DNA from: Pseudomonadota bacterium
GTDB lineage: Bacteria > Pseudomonadota > Alphaproteobacteria > Rickettsiales > UBA6187
Direction of reading: 5' to 3'
NCBI GenBank assembly: GCA_027620075.1
Contig: JAQCEY010000001.1
Span: 448,718 to 512,717, forward strand
DNA: 64,000 bases
How positions within the stretch are numbered: position 1 is the stretch's first letter; the number at the start of each line of letters is the position of its first letter. The position numbers were made by a program, and so were the translations under genes. The notes beneath the pieces were generated by a model, which saw only the letters and a program-made list of their open reading frames with translations, was not told where the DNA came from and did not search any database. Positions 28,634 to 38,284 of the stretch are shown here, piece after piece.

Positions 28634-29254
28634 TTACCGTAACAAAATATCATCTAAATGATGCCCTTTTGTTAGTCCGCTATCTATTGCGTTTTTTGTC
28701 CATTTCCCCAGCACTTCCAGCTCTTTTTTGAAGATTTCCGGGCTTTCATACCTGCTAAATTCCGAGATAGTATCATCAGCAACTATACCGGAGTCTAACC
28801 TTGAATGATTAATTATCCTGCATATTACAGGTGTCGCAAGTGGTGTTATCCCTTCAGCATCACCAAGTTTGAAATTATTATCTTCACCGATTACTGCATT
28901 TTTTGCAGCATTTAACATCCTTTTTGAGTTCAGTGTGGACTGACGAAACTCAAAGTTATCTTTATCATTGCCGTTTTTATAATATTTGAAGTATCTATCT
29001 ATTGATTTTTTTTCATAGTCGATTGCGTCGGCAAAATTTTGCGAAGTTATACCTGCCTCTTTTACCAATTCAACAAGAGGGCGGTTCATTAATTGCCGTC
29101 CTTGCTTGCCGGACATCAATTCATATATTTTGGTTGCTCCGTCAGATTCGTAAACACCTGATACAAGCTTGCGGAATTCTGTATTTTTCGTCATGGAAAG
29201 CCTTAATTTATTAACATTTAAATTGAGGGCAATCCGTTTATCATAATATGACAT
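28634..29254 (-). CDS. Hypothetical protein
   Basis: 206-aa ORF in a gap with no competing gene. I recognise no signal peptide, TM segment or motif. Confidence 0.45.
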   Translation of the reverse strand: MSYYDKRIALNLNVNKLRLSMTKNTEFRKLVSGVYESDGATKIYELMSGKQGRQLMNRPLVELVKEAGITSQNFADAIDYEKKSIDRYFKYYKNGNDKDNFEFRQSTLNSKRMLNAAKNAVIGEDNNFKLGDAEGITPLATPVICRIINHSRLDSGIVADDTISEFSRYESPEIFKKELEVLGKWTKNAIDSGLTKGHHLDDILLR

Positions 29255-29290
29255 TTAAGTAAAATTATTTACTCAGGCAGAATAGGTTTA

Positions 29291-30187
29291 TTACTGTAAT
29301 TGCCTATGCCTTGCTTCCCTTAGTTTAGCAAAGTCATCACCGGCATGGTAAGAAGAGCGTGTCAGCGGAGAAGATGATATCATCAAAAATCCCTTAGCCC
29401 GACCAAGACGTTCATAATATTTAAATTCATCAGGCGTTACGAACCTGTCTATAACCGCATGTTTAGGTGTAGGTTGTAAATATTGTCCGATTGTCATGAA
29501 GTCCACCTCTGCCGCCCTAAAATCGTCCATAACCTGAACAACTTCTTGCTTTTTCTCACCCAATCCGACCATTATACCGGATTTAGTGAACATGGAAGGG
29601 TCAAGCTCCTTAACACGGCTGAGTAATTTCAATGAACCGAAATATTTTGCACCCGGTCGCACCCTTGCATACAGGCCGGGAACGGTCTCAACATTATGGT
29701 TAAACACATCTGGTTTTGCGGCAACTACAACCTCTAACGCACCTTTTTTATTCTGGAAATCAGGTGTAAGTATCTCAATAGTAGTATTTGGCGAAGCTTT
29801 GCGGATTGCCTTTATGCACTGTGCAAAATGTTCCGCTCCTCCATCGGGCAGGTCATCTCTGTCAACGGACGTTATTACGGCATGCTCCAATTGCAGTTGG
29901 GCTATAGCCGTTGCCAAATTTTCAGGCTCATGCGGATCAAGCAGGTCAGGTCTGCCGGTTTTTATGTTACAAAAAGCACATGCCCTTGTGCATACCGAGC
30001 CTAATATCATAAAAGTGGCGTGTTTTTTTTCCCAGCACTCACCGATATTAGGGCAGGCTGCCTCCTCACAAACAGTATTTAATTTCAGGTTTCTTGCCAG
30101 CTCGTAAGTATCCTTGAAGCCTTGTGACTGAGGTGCTTTTACCTTTATCCAGTCAGGCTTTTTCAAGCTGTTATTTGCATCTTTCAT
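29291..30187 (-). CDS. lipA: Lipoyl synthase
   Basis: [12 protein letters not shown] and the radical-SAM motif CTRACAFC. Confidence 0.95.
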   Translation of the reverse strand: MKDANNSLKKPDWIKVKAPQSQGFKDTYELARNLKLNTVCEEAACPNIGECWEKKHATFMILGSVCTRACAFCNIKTGRPDLLDPHEPENLATAIAQLQLEHAVITSVDRDDLPDGGAEHFAQCIKAIRKASPNTTIEILTPDFQNKKGALEVVVAAKPDVFNHNVETVPGLYARVRPGAKYFGSLKLLSRVKELDPSMFTKSGIMVGLGEKKQEVVQVMDDFRAAEVDFMTIGQYLQPTPKHAVIDRFVTPDEFKYYERLGRAKGFLMISSSPLTRSSYHAGDDFAKLREARHRQLQ

Positions 30188-30998
30188 CGGGTTTTGCTTT
30201 ATTTATATATTTATGTATCTCTAACGGAACGTCCGTTGTTATCCTATCAACATTTTCTAGGCTTTTCAGCTCTTTTATATCATTTAACGTATAAATCTCA
30301 ACATCAATTCCATTTTCTTGCATATTTTCAATAAAATCAGGTGTTAATATTTTTCTATGGACGGAAACCTGATCGGGCTTAAAACCGCAAATTTCTTCAA
30401 TTCCATTAATATCAGGGAGCTTTTTCACCACTGTTTTACCTGTTGTTATGAAGTCTTTTTTGAGGTTGACCCTTTTTTTCCCCTCAAGCAAAAGGCAATA
30501 TTGCCTTTCCGGCTGTTGTTTTTTCGCATGTTGCAAAACCGATTCCTGAAACGACCTTATAGCGGTTTGACTGTCTATTTTAGGATAATCGGCAAGCATA
30601 TGTAATATATTATCGACCAATTTATTATCAGGACTTTTTATCTCTAGATGGAACTCAAAAGCCGGTGAAAAACCCGAAGATTTAACAGCCTCCAGCCCCT
30701 CTCTTAAACTATCTATGTCCGGTCTTTTTTCCCTTAATTCTTCGGCACTAATAGCCCCGACTTCTATATAGCTATAGCTTTTACGTTTTTTATACTCGCC
30801 GTCACTCATTAAATCTTTGGTAAGAACTTTGTCGTGCATCAAAAACGGAACTGAATCGGAAGTGCCTACAACATCAAACTCAACACCGCTGACTCCGTAT
30901 CTTTCAAGTTTCACGGCTTCAAGCATCATTTGCACGCTGTTAGTCTTGTGCCAAATTATTTTACTGCCGTTTTGTAATAACTTCTGCAAATGTTTCAT
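30171..30998 (-). CDS. Glycerophosphodiester phosphodiesterase-like (GDPD-fold) protein, divergent
   Basis: IIWHK...[25 protein letters not shown] resembles the GDPD HR..EN...E.D...D...HD pattern. The 3' end overlaps the lipA start by 17 nt. Confidence 0.5.
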   Translation of the reverse strand: MKHLQKLLQNGSKIIWHKTNSVQMMLEAVKLERYGVSGVEFDVVGTSDSVPFLMHDKVLTKDLMSDGEYKKRKSYSYIEVGAISAEELREKRPDIDSLREGLEAVKSSGFSPAFEFHLEIKSPDNKLVDNILHMLADYPKIDSQTAIRSFQESVLQHAKKQQPERQYCLLLEGKKRVNLKKDFITTGKTVVKKLPDINGIEEICGFKPDQVSVHRKILTPDFIENMQENGIDVEIYTLNDIKELKSLENVDRITTDVPLEIHKYINKAKPDERCK

Positions 30999-31094
30999 AA
31001 TAACCCGTTATCACATATGTTAACTTTTGTCAAAATAAGACATTGCGGAAGTGTTCGATATAGATAGATTTTGACATGCTTGAATTTTATAATC

Positions 31095-31250
31095 TTTGTC
31101 ATTCCTGTAAAATGGCGTAAAAACTCCCTCTCCCTAAGGGAGAGGGGTGGGGTGAGGGATTTTTTCAACATATGCTTTAACTACAAACTAATGTTTTTGT
31201 TGAAACACCCCTCCCTCTTCCTAGCCTTCTGGCAAAGGGAGAAGGGACTA
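31095..31250. repeat. Mosaic GC-rich palindromic intergenic repeat
   Basis: It contains gtcattcctg, ctccctctccctaagggagaggggtggggtgaggg and acccctccctc...gggagaaggga. These modules recur at 55801-55920. taactacaaactaatgttt resembles the TIR region of the 24510 element. Confidence 0.6.
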
Positions 31251-31293
31251 AGAGTTGAACTTTACACTATTTTGCAGAGGTTTCTATAATTTA

Positions 31294-32259
31294 TCAAGCA
31301 GCTACATTAGACTTTATCAACTCCACACCAAAGCATCTTTGATAATATTCCGAGATTATAAATTTTTCGGACTCATCACATTTATTGAAAAATGTCAGGC
31401 AGAAAGATTTTTCAAGGTCGCCGAATATTTCATAATTTTCTGCCCATGTGATTACCGTTCTTGGCGACATTACCGTTGAAAGGTCGCCGGACTTGAACCC
31501 CTCACGGGTCAAATCTGCCATAGTGACCATTGCATCGGCTTTTTTCTTATCTTTTTTGAGCTTAGGGGCTTTCGCAAATAATATCTCAAGCTCTTTGGCT
31601 TTTGAAAGATAATTCAACGTGGCAACTATGTTCCACCTGTCCATCTGTCCCTGATTAATAGGCTGCACACCATGATAAAGCCCCGTTACATCGCCTAACC
31701 CGACAGTGTTGGCGGTGGCAAATATCCTAAAGTAAGGGTGTGGTCTTATAACTTCATTCTTATCAAGCAAGGTGAATTTCCCGTCCGCCTCAAGCAGACG
31801 TTGCAATACGAACATTACATCGGGACGGGCAGCGTCATATTCATCAAAAACCAGTGCTACAGGTCTTTTAAGGCTCCACGGTATTATTCCGTCATTGAAT
31901 TTTGTAACCTGCTTGCCGTCCTCGATAATAATAACATCACGACCTATAAGGTCTATCCTACTTATATTACCGTCCAGATTAATACGCATACAAGGCCAGT
32001 TAAGACGGGCAGCAATCTGTTCAATATGGCTTGATTTTCCCGTACCGTGAAACCCCTGCACCATAACCCTGCGGTTATGTACGAAGCCGGCAAGGATACT
32101 AAGCGTTGTATCTTTATCAAAACAATAAGCCTCGTCAATATCCGGAACGAACTCCGTTCTTTTAGAAAAAGCCGCAACTTCCATATCTACATCAATACCA
32201 AAGGTCTTTTTTACCGATAGTTTTATATCAGGCTTATCCGTTTGTTCTGAAACGCTCAT
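31294..32259 (-). CDS. cobS: CobS-type AAA+ ATPase (cobaltochelatase CobS homolog)
   Basis: [44 protein letters not shown] is the CobS signature. The likely start is MSVSEQTDK at 32259, although the track ORF extends to 32295. Confidence 0.85.
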   Translation of the reverse strand: MSVSEQTDKPDIKLSVKKTFGIDVDMEVAAFSKRTEFVPDIDEAYCFDKDTTLSILAGFVHNRRVMVQGFHGTGKSSHIEQIAARLNWPCMRINLDGNISRIDLIGRDVIIIEDGKQVTKFNDGIIPWSLKRPVALVFDEYDAARPDVMFVLQRLLEADGKFTLLDKNEVIRPHPYFRIFATANTVGLGDVTGLYHGVQPINQGQMDRWNIVATLNYLSKAKELEILFAKAPKLKKDKKKADAMVTMADLTREGFKSGDLSTVMSPRTVITWAENYEIFGDLEKSFCLTFFNKCDESEKFIISEYYQRCFGVELIKSNVAA

Positions 32260-32279
32260 GAATTTTTCCTTGTAAAATT

Positions 32280-32816
32280 TTATTTGATACCGCAATTTTT
32301 AAGGTAGTTATATGCTTCCGTCACTTCTTTAAATTTGTCCTCATTACCTTTACCGTTTACATCAGGATGGTATTTTTTGGCAAGTTCTTTATATTTATTT
32401 TTTATTTGCCGCATAGTAACAGGAAGGGTAAGACCGAATACCTTCATATATTTCATCTGAGAGTCCGGAATATCCTTTAACCTCTCTCTTTTAGCACCCG
32501 TAAAATTAAATTCCCTATAAACCTTTTCCCTAAGCTCATCTTCGGAAAAGTTACGGAAAGTAGCGTCACGCTTGAATGTTCTCCTGTGTCCCGTTACACT
32601 ATCGATATAAAATCCCTCTATCTCATCTTGTTCCATACCGGAGAAAAAATCCCATGACTTATTATATATCTTCACGTGATCCAAACAGAAGTGATATCTT
32701 TCCTTTGAATTATAAGGGGATTTAGGTGCAGGATAATCACCGCCGGCACTACAGCCCTTAAAGCAGCAGCCGTCTTTTTTATCTTCTAATTCAAATGGTA
32801 CTTTTCTAGCCTTCAT
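32280..32816 (-). CDS. J-domain protein (C-terminal DnaJ domain)
   Basis: C-terminal [38 protein letters not shown] with the HPD tripeptide, plus an N-terminal Cys-rich region. Confidence 0.75.
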   Translation of the reverse strand: MKARKVPFELEDKKDGCCFKGCSAGGDYPAPKSPYNSKERYHFCLDHVKIYNKSWDFFSGMEQDEIEGFYIDSVTGHRRTFKRDATFRNFSEDELREKVYREFNFTGAKRERLKDIPDSQMKYMKVFGLTLPVTMRQIKNKYKELAKKYHPDVNGKGNEDKFKEVTEAYNYLKNCGIK

Positions 32817-32851
32817 ATTAACATTATGACGCTTTTACGGTTATTTTTCAA

Positions 32852-33550
32852 CTATATATTCATATATCGTAAGAACTTAGCTCCCCTGCCCTGTTTTTCT
32901 GCTTTTGCCTGATAATTAGTGCGTACCCAGTCACTTGGCGGATCGTTACTAACGCTTATTTTTTTCAAGCCTTCAAAAGCCTCAAGATGTTCAAAAATCC
33001 ACTGCCCGTATTCAACATGGTCGGTTGCAACTTCTAAGATACCGTCTTTTTTCAGAACACCTGATATAAGACCAAGCATATCCTGATTAATGATACGTTT
33101 TTTGTGATGCCTGACCTTTGGCCATGGGTCGGGGAAAAGTACGAATATCTTATCAACAGAACCTGCCCCCAGCTTTTCAAGCAGCAATCTTGCATCGCCA
33201 TGCAACACCTTGATATTTTGCGTTTTCTCTTCGTGAATATATTTTAGCAACCTTGCTACACCATTGATAAAAGGCTCGCACCCGATAAAACCGATTTGAG
33301 GATTATTTTTAGCATAGCCGACAAGATGCTCCCCTTTGCCGAAGCCGATTTCAATACAGAACTCTTTATATTGATTACTGAATATCGAAGGAAGATTTAT
33401 TTCATTATCAACACTAACTGAAACTTCAGGTAAGATATTATCGACAAACCATTGTTGTTCCCTGCCCAATTTACGCCCCTGTACACGACCGAACGACCTC
33501 ATAAGTTCATCACTCATAGCAGGCTTGTTATTTCGCTTGTCGGGTATCAT
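32852..33550 (-). CDS. trmB: tRNA (guanine46-N7)-methyltransferase
   Basis: IEIGFGKGEH...FVLFPDPWPKVRHHKKR. Confidence 0.9.
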   Translation of the reverse strand: MIPDKRNNKPAMSDELMRSFGRVQGRKLGREQQWFVDNILPEVSVSVDNEINLPSIFSNQYKEFCIEIGFGKGEHLVGYAKNNPQIGFIGCEPFINGVARLLKYIHEEKTQNIKVLHGDARLLLEKLGAGSVDKIFVLFPDPWPKVRHHKKRIINQDMLGLISGVLKKDGILEVATDHVEYGQWIFEHLEAFEGLKKISVSNDPPSDWVRTNYQAKAEKQGRGAKFLRYMNI

Positions 33551-33660
33551 AGCAATAAGAACCTATTATACTTTATGTCATTTTTGAAACTTACTCGGAA
33601 TCTTTTTTAAAGAAGTAATGTGCTGCAATAAGTTCGGCACACCGAGCATGACAAAATATA

Positions 33661-34869
33661 TTACAACAAATCCTTCAAATCATCGATTAAATCCGTTTTT
33701 TCCCAAGGGAAACTACCGTCATCAGACGGAGTGCGACCAAAATGCCCATAAGCTGCCGTTTTGCGGTATATAGGTTTATTCAGACCTAAATGCTCACGAA
33801 TACCACGCGGCGTAAGCCTTACAAGTTCTTTAATTCTGGACTCTAACTTTTTGTTATCTACATGGTTGTTACCGAACGTATTAACATAAAATGAAACAGG
33901 CTCAGAAACACCTATAGCATAAGCTATCTGTATATCACATTGATTAGCACAACCCGAAGCCACAACATTCTTGGCAAGATATCTTGCCATATAGGCGGCA
34001 GATCGGTCAACTTTTGTAGGGTCTTTTCCTGAGAACGCACCGCCACCATGCGGGGCTGCTCCGCCATAAGTATCAACAATTATCTTACGTCCCGTTAAAC
34101 CGCAGTCACCGTCAGGCCCACCTATTACGAACTTACCCGTTGGATTGGTCAGGAATCTTGTTTTATCGGTGAACATACCTTCAGGCAATGCTTTAGTCAC
34201 ATATTTCCTTACTATCTCACGCACTTCTTCCTGTGACACGCCTTCTTCATGCTGGGTTGAAACCAACACCGCATCAACACGAGTTGGAATGCCGCCTTCA
34301 TAACCATAGGTAACCTGCGATTTTGCGTCAGGTCCTAACCCCTTTGCCTCACCCGAATGCCTTGCATCGGCAAGTGCTTTCAAAATCCTGTGTGAATAAT
34401 GAATCGGAGCCGGCATAAACACATCTGTTTCATCACATGCATAGCCGAACATAAGCCCCTGATCGCCCGCACCTTCATCTTTATTGCCGCCTGCATCGAC
34501 ACCTTGTGCTATATCTGCCGACTGCTCATGTATATAAATATCTATATCGGCATTCCTCCAGTGAAAACCTTCCTGTTCGTAGCCGATATCCTTTACCACT
34601 CCTCTTGCAACTTCTTCAAGGCGTTCATGGGATACTTCCACAGGACATCTCACCTCGCCTGCAAGAACTATTTTATTTGTTGTAACAAGAGTTTCAACGG
34701 CAACCCTTGACTCGCCGTACTTTCCCAGATACTCATCAACTATAGCGTCGGATATCTGGTCACATACCTTATCAGGATGTCCTTCTGACACTGATTCACT
34801 TGTAAACAGATATTCCTCCTTCTTAGTGCCTTTTTCTTCATCAATTCTAATGGACATCAAACTACTCAT
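33661..34869 (-). CDS. metK: S-adenosylmethionine synthetase
   Basis: [20 protein letters not shown]...[12 protein letters not shown]...[16 protein letters not shown]. The likely start is MSSLMS at 34869, although the track ORF extends to 34941. Confidence 0.95.
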   Translation of the reverse strand: MSSLMSIRIDEEKGTKKEEYLFTSESVSEGHPDKVCDQISDAIVDEYLGKYGESRVAVETLVTTNKIVLAGEVRCPVEVSHERLEEVARGVVKDIGYEQEGFHWRNADIDIYIHEQSADIAQGVDAGGNKDEGAGDQGLMFGYACDETDVFMPAPIHYSHRILKALADARHSGEAKGLGPDAKSQVTYGYEGGIPTRVDAVLVSTQHEEGVSQEEVREIVRKYVTKALPEGMFTDKTRFLTNPTGKFVIGGPDGDCGLTGRKIIVDTYGGAAPHGGGAFSGKDPTKVDRSAAYMARYLAKNVVASGCANQCDIQIAYAIGVSEPVSFYVNTFGNNHVDNKKLESRIKELVRLTPRGIREHLGLNKPIYRKTAAYGHFGRTPSDDGSFPWEKTDLIDDLKDLL

Positions 34870-34982
34870 TTTTAATTCACCTATAAAAAACTTTAAGTTT
34901 ACGAGATTATCTGAAGTAAAGTATTTTGCAAGCACTGGCAAGATAATTTTGTAAATTATTTATCAAACGCTCATATTGCTTT

Positions 34983-36389
34983 CTATTTTATCTTTTCATA
35001 TGCCCCAAGGGCTTCTTTTCTCGTCTTTGCAGCATCTATAATAGGGTATGGATAAGTCTTACCAAGCTCTATTTTTGCTTTGTCCAGTATATCCTGCGGT
35101 GCTTCCCACGGTTTAAAAAGATATTTATCGGGTAATTTTGCCAGTTCGGGAACGTATTTTCTTGTGTACTGCCCGCTTGCGTCAAAACGCTCTCCCTGAT
35201 TTATGGGGTTAAAAACCCTAAAATATGGTGCAGCGTCCGCACCGCAACCGGCAACCCATTGCCAGCCTGCAGCATTATTGGCAAGGTCGGCATCGAAAAG
35301 GCAGTCCCAAAACCATTTTTCTCCCTCACGCCAATCTATAAGCAGGTTTTTAACCAAAAACGACGCAACTACCATTCTTATCCTGTTATGCATGAACCCC
35401 GTTTGCCACAACTCCCTCATACCCGCATCTACTATCGGGTATCCCGTCATTCCTTTTTGCCACTTCTTTAAAAAGCCGTCATTTTTTTTCCACGGGAATT
35501 TATCGAATTTTTTTTGTAGGTTATCCCACGGCAAGTCAGGATAATAATACAACAAATTATAAGAAAACTCTCTCCATGCAAGTTCAACGCAAAAATTCTC
35601 GGTATTTTCATTCTGCTCATAAAAAAGTACGGAATTCCATATCTGCCTTGGCGATATCTGACCGAAATGTAAATATGGCGATAGTCGGGAATTATTATTT
35701 TGAGCCGGAAAGTTCCTGCCTTTTTTATAGTCCTTTATCCCGTCATCTAAAAACGCAAATAACCTTTCTTTAGCACCGTCTTCGCTGATATCCCATTTTT
35801 TAAGCAACTCATCATGCCATTTAATTTCAGGAAGCAACTTTAACGAATTAATATCTGTTTCACCTATATTTTTTGTATAGACATTTAATTTTTCAGGCTC
35901 TTTTAAAGGCTCAGGGAACTCTTTTAATTGATAGTTCTTTTTGTAAAACGGGGTAAATACCCTATATGGGCTTCCGTCATCTTTTAAAGCTTCCCAAGGC
36001 TCCAGTAACAAACTACCGTTAAAAGACTCCACCTCTATTCCGTCATTTTTTAATTTTTCCTTTATATTTTTATCTCCGACAATTGCCCAAGGCTCATAAC
36101 ATCTATTCCAATAGACTGCTTTAGCTTGCGATTTATTTATAATGTCAGACAATATTTTGGCAGGCTCTCCTTTAAATATCTTAAGGTTTCCGCCAAGTTT
36201 TTTATTAAGGTCATGCAGGGCATAATGCAACCATACCAGACTAGACTCTCCCATTTGCCTTAGATTTTTCGTAGAATCATCAAATATATATATCGGCAGC
36301 ACCCGACCTTTTTTTGCAGCCTCATAAAGGGAGGGATTATCTGATATCCTCAGGTCTTGCCTGAACCGGTGTATAATTAAATCAGTCAT
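34983..36389 (-). CDS. phrB: Deoxyribodipyrimidine photolyase
   Basis: HRFRQDLRISDNPSL...TGYPIVDAGMRELWQTGFMHNRIRMVVASFL...GWQWVAGCGADAAPYFRVFNP. Confidence 0.9.
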   Translation of the reverse strand: MTDLIIHRFRQDLRISDNPSLYEAAKKGRVLPIYIFDDSTKNLRQMGESSLVWLHYALHDLNKKLGGNLKIFKGEPAKILSDIINKSQAKAVYWNRCYEPWAIVGDKNIKEKLKNDGIEVESFNGSLLLEPWEALKDDGSPYRVFTPFYKKNYQLKEFPEPLKEPEKLNVYTKNIGETDINSLKLLPEIKWHDELLKKWDISEDGAKERLFAFLDDGIKDYKKGRNFPAQNNNSRLSPYLHFGQISPRQIWNSVLFYEQNENTENFCVELAWREFSYNLLYYYPDLPWDNLQKKFDKFPWKKNDGFLKKWQKGMTGYPIVDAGMRELWQTGFMHNRIRMVVASFLVKNLLIDWREGEKWFWDCLFDADLANNAAGWQWVAGCGADAAPYFRVFNPINQGERFDASGQYTRKYVPELAKLPDKYLFKPWEAPQDILDKAKIELGKTYPYPIIDAAKTRKEALGAYEKIK

Positions 36390-36553
36390 ATTATTTCATT
36401 GTAATTAATATTTACAAATGCCAGCCTATACTTTTTTTCAAAAAATTTAACTTAAAACATTTTAATGAACCGACCAAGTGTTAATTTATTAATAATTAGT
36501 TTGAATAATAACCGTATTTATAGTAAAATGCCTAACGAAAAAGCGAGGTAATT

Positions 36554-36841
36554 ATGGGAATCTGGTGTTCAAAAATTAGTGATGGCAAAAAACCGGCGGC
36601 AGTGATTAATGTGTCGGACAATAGTGATTCTTCAAGTGTAGAATGCAAATCCGATTATGTCAGAGAGAGACCTTCTAAACCATATCACGACACAGGAATC
36701 GATAGCGGCTATGAAGCGGACAGTGAAGCTCCTTTAACGAAAGTTGAAATACACGCAAAGGAAGTTCGACAAATAGAAAAAAGATTATCCGATTTATTTA
36801 GAAGCTCCAGTTCAGGCTCAAACAGCGAAATATCAAGATAA
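36554..36841 (+). CDS. Hypothetical small Ser/Asp-rich protein with an MGxxCS N-terminus
   Basis: 95-aa ORF in a gap with no competing gene, preceded by gcgaggtaattATG (an SD-like GAGG). No domain was recognised. Confidence 0.4.
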   Translation: MGIWCSKISDGKKPAAVINVSDNSDSSSVECKSDYVRERPSKPYHDTGIDSGYEADSEAPLTKVEIHAKEVRQIEKRLSDLFRSSSSGSNSEISR

Positions 36842-36847
36842 TGGCGT

Positions 36848-38260
36848 TTAAGCACCTGTTTGTTCATTACATTTTTTGCCGCTTACTATAAATTCTTTTA
36901 CCGTATCTATATCATTAGCAAGCACTTCATAGCGTTCTTCGGCAGCCATTAAGCCGTATAGACATTCGGGCAGTTTAGCTTCATCAACTCCTGATTTTTC
37001 AATTGCTTCAGGAAACTTGGCAGGGTGTGCCGTAGCAATTGTTATAATAGGATTACTCCCCTTAACAGCTTTGTCACGGGCAGCCCTAACCCCGGTTGCG
37101 GTATGTGGGTCGATTATCTCGCCCGATTCGTCAAATACCTGTCTAATGGTTTGGCACGTCGCATCATCATCGATGCTCAGACTGCTAAATAATTTTTTTG
37201 CTTCAGCGAGTTTGTCAACCTCAACGGATATCCCCTCGCCTGCTTTAAAGCGTTTCATTATTTCATCTATCCTTTGTGCGTCCTGATTGTACAGATAGAA
37301 AAGATATCTTTCAAAATTGCTTGAAACCTGAATATCCATACTCGGTGACAGGGTTTTTTCCAGACCGCCACGGCTATAATCATTACTTTCAAAGAAACGG
37401 TGTAAAATATCATTTTTATTGGTCGCAACAATAAGCTGTTTTATCGGCAGACCCATTTTTTTGGCTAAAAATCCTGCAAAAATATCCCCGAAATTACCTG
37501 TCGGCACTGAAAATATCATTTCTTTTTCAGGCGAGCCTAGTTTTAAGCCTGCATAAAAATAATAAACTATCTGTGCCATTATACGGCACCAGTTGATTGA
37601 ATTAACCGCAACAAGTGCCTGACCGCTCAAAAAGCCCTGATCGGCAAATAATTCTTTTACGATATGCTGACAATCGTCAAAATTTCCTTCTAAAGCTATA
37701 TTATACACATTATCCGCCAGAACGGTTGTCATCTGCTTTCTTTGTACATCAGACACCCTGTTATGAGGATGCATTATATATATCTGCACATGCTTGCTGT
37801 GCCTACACCCCTCAATAGCCGCAGAACCCGTATCACCTGAGGTAGCACCGACTATAACCACGTCCTGATTACGTTTTGTAAGTATATAATCAAATATCCT
37901 GCCCAAAAATTGCAGGGCAAAATCCTTGAAAGCCATTGTAGGACCATGGAACAATTCTAACAAATATTCGTTTTCGGCTATTTTTTTAACAGGAGCTATA
38001 TCGGCATCACGAAACTGCAAATAGCTTTCTTTTATTATATCTTGCAAAATACTTTGCGGTATTTCATCTTCGATAAAAGGAGTTATTATTTTGAGCATCA
38101 GCTCTTCATATGAAAGCCCCTTAAAAGAAGCTATTTCATCTTTGCCGAAGGTTGGGACGGACTCAGGAACATATAGCCCGCCGTCACTTGCCAGCCCTGC
38201 TATTACAACATCTTCAAAACTTAAAACAGGAGCTTTCCCCCTTGTACTTATATATTTCAT
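36848..38260 (-). CDS. thrC: Threonine synthase
   Basis: MKYISTRG...HGPTMAFKDFALQ (PLP lysine)...GATSGDTGSAA. Confidence 0.9.
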   Translation of the reverse strand: MKYISTRGKAPVLSFEDVVIAGLASDGGLYVPESVPTFGKDEIASFKGLSYEELMLKIITPFIEDEIPQSILQDIIKESYLQFRDADIAPVKKIAENEYLLELFHGPTMAFKDFALQFLGRIFDYILTKRNQDVVIVGATSGDTGSAAIEGCRHSKHVQIYIMHPHNRVSDVQRKQMTTVLADNVYNIALEGNFDDCQHIVKELFADQGFLSGQALVAVNSINWCRIMAQIVYYFYAGLKLGSPEKEMIFSVPTGNFGDIFAGFLAKKMGLPIKQLIVATNKNDILHRFFESNDYSRGGLEKTLSPSMDIQVSSNFERYLFYLYNQDAQRIDEIMKRFKAGEGISVEVDKLAEAKKLFSSLSIDDDATCQTIRQVFDESGEIIDPHTATGVRAARDKAVKGSNPIITIATAHPAKFPEAIEKSGVDEAKLPECLYGLMAAEERYEVLANDIDTVKEFIVSGKKCNEQTGA

Positions 38261-38284
38261 AGCTAGTTTTTTCTCTAAGCCCGA

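Noticed and set aside
31071-31289. 72-aa track ORF (SLSLRERGGVRDF...) in the cobS downstream spacer.
   Set aside because: It reads straight through GC-rich palindromic repeat modules that recur non-codingly at 55801-55920. It has no SD and no gene-like composition, so I treat it as repeat DNA.
34870-34982. Possible SAM-II/SAM-V-type riboswitch in the ~110-nt metK leader.
   Set aside because: I could not identify the conserved pseudoknot/triplex core by eye. A covariance-model search (Rfam RF00521/RF01826) would be needed.
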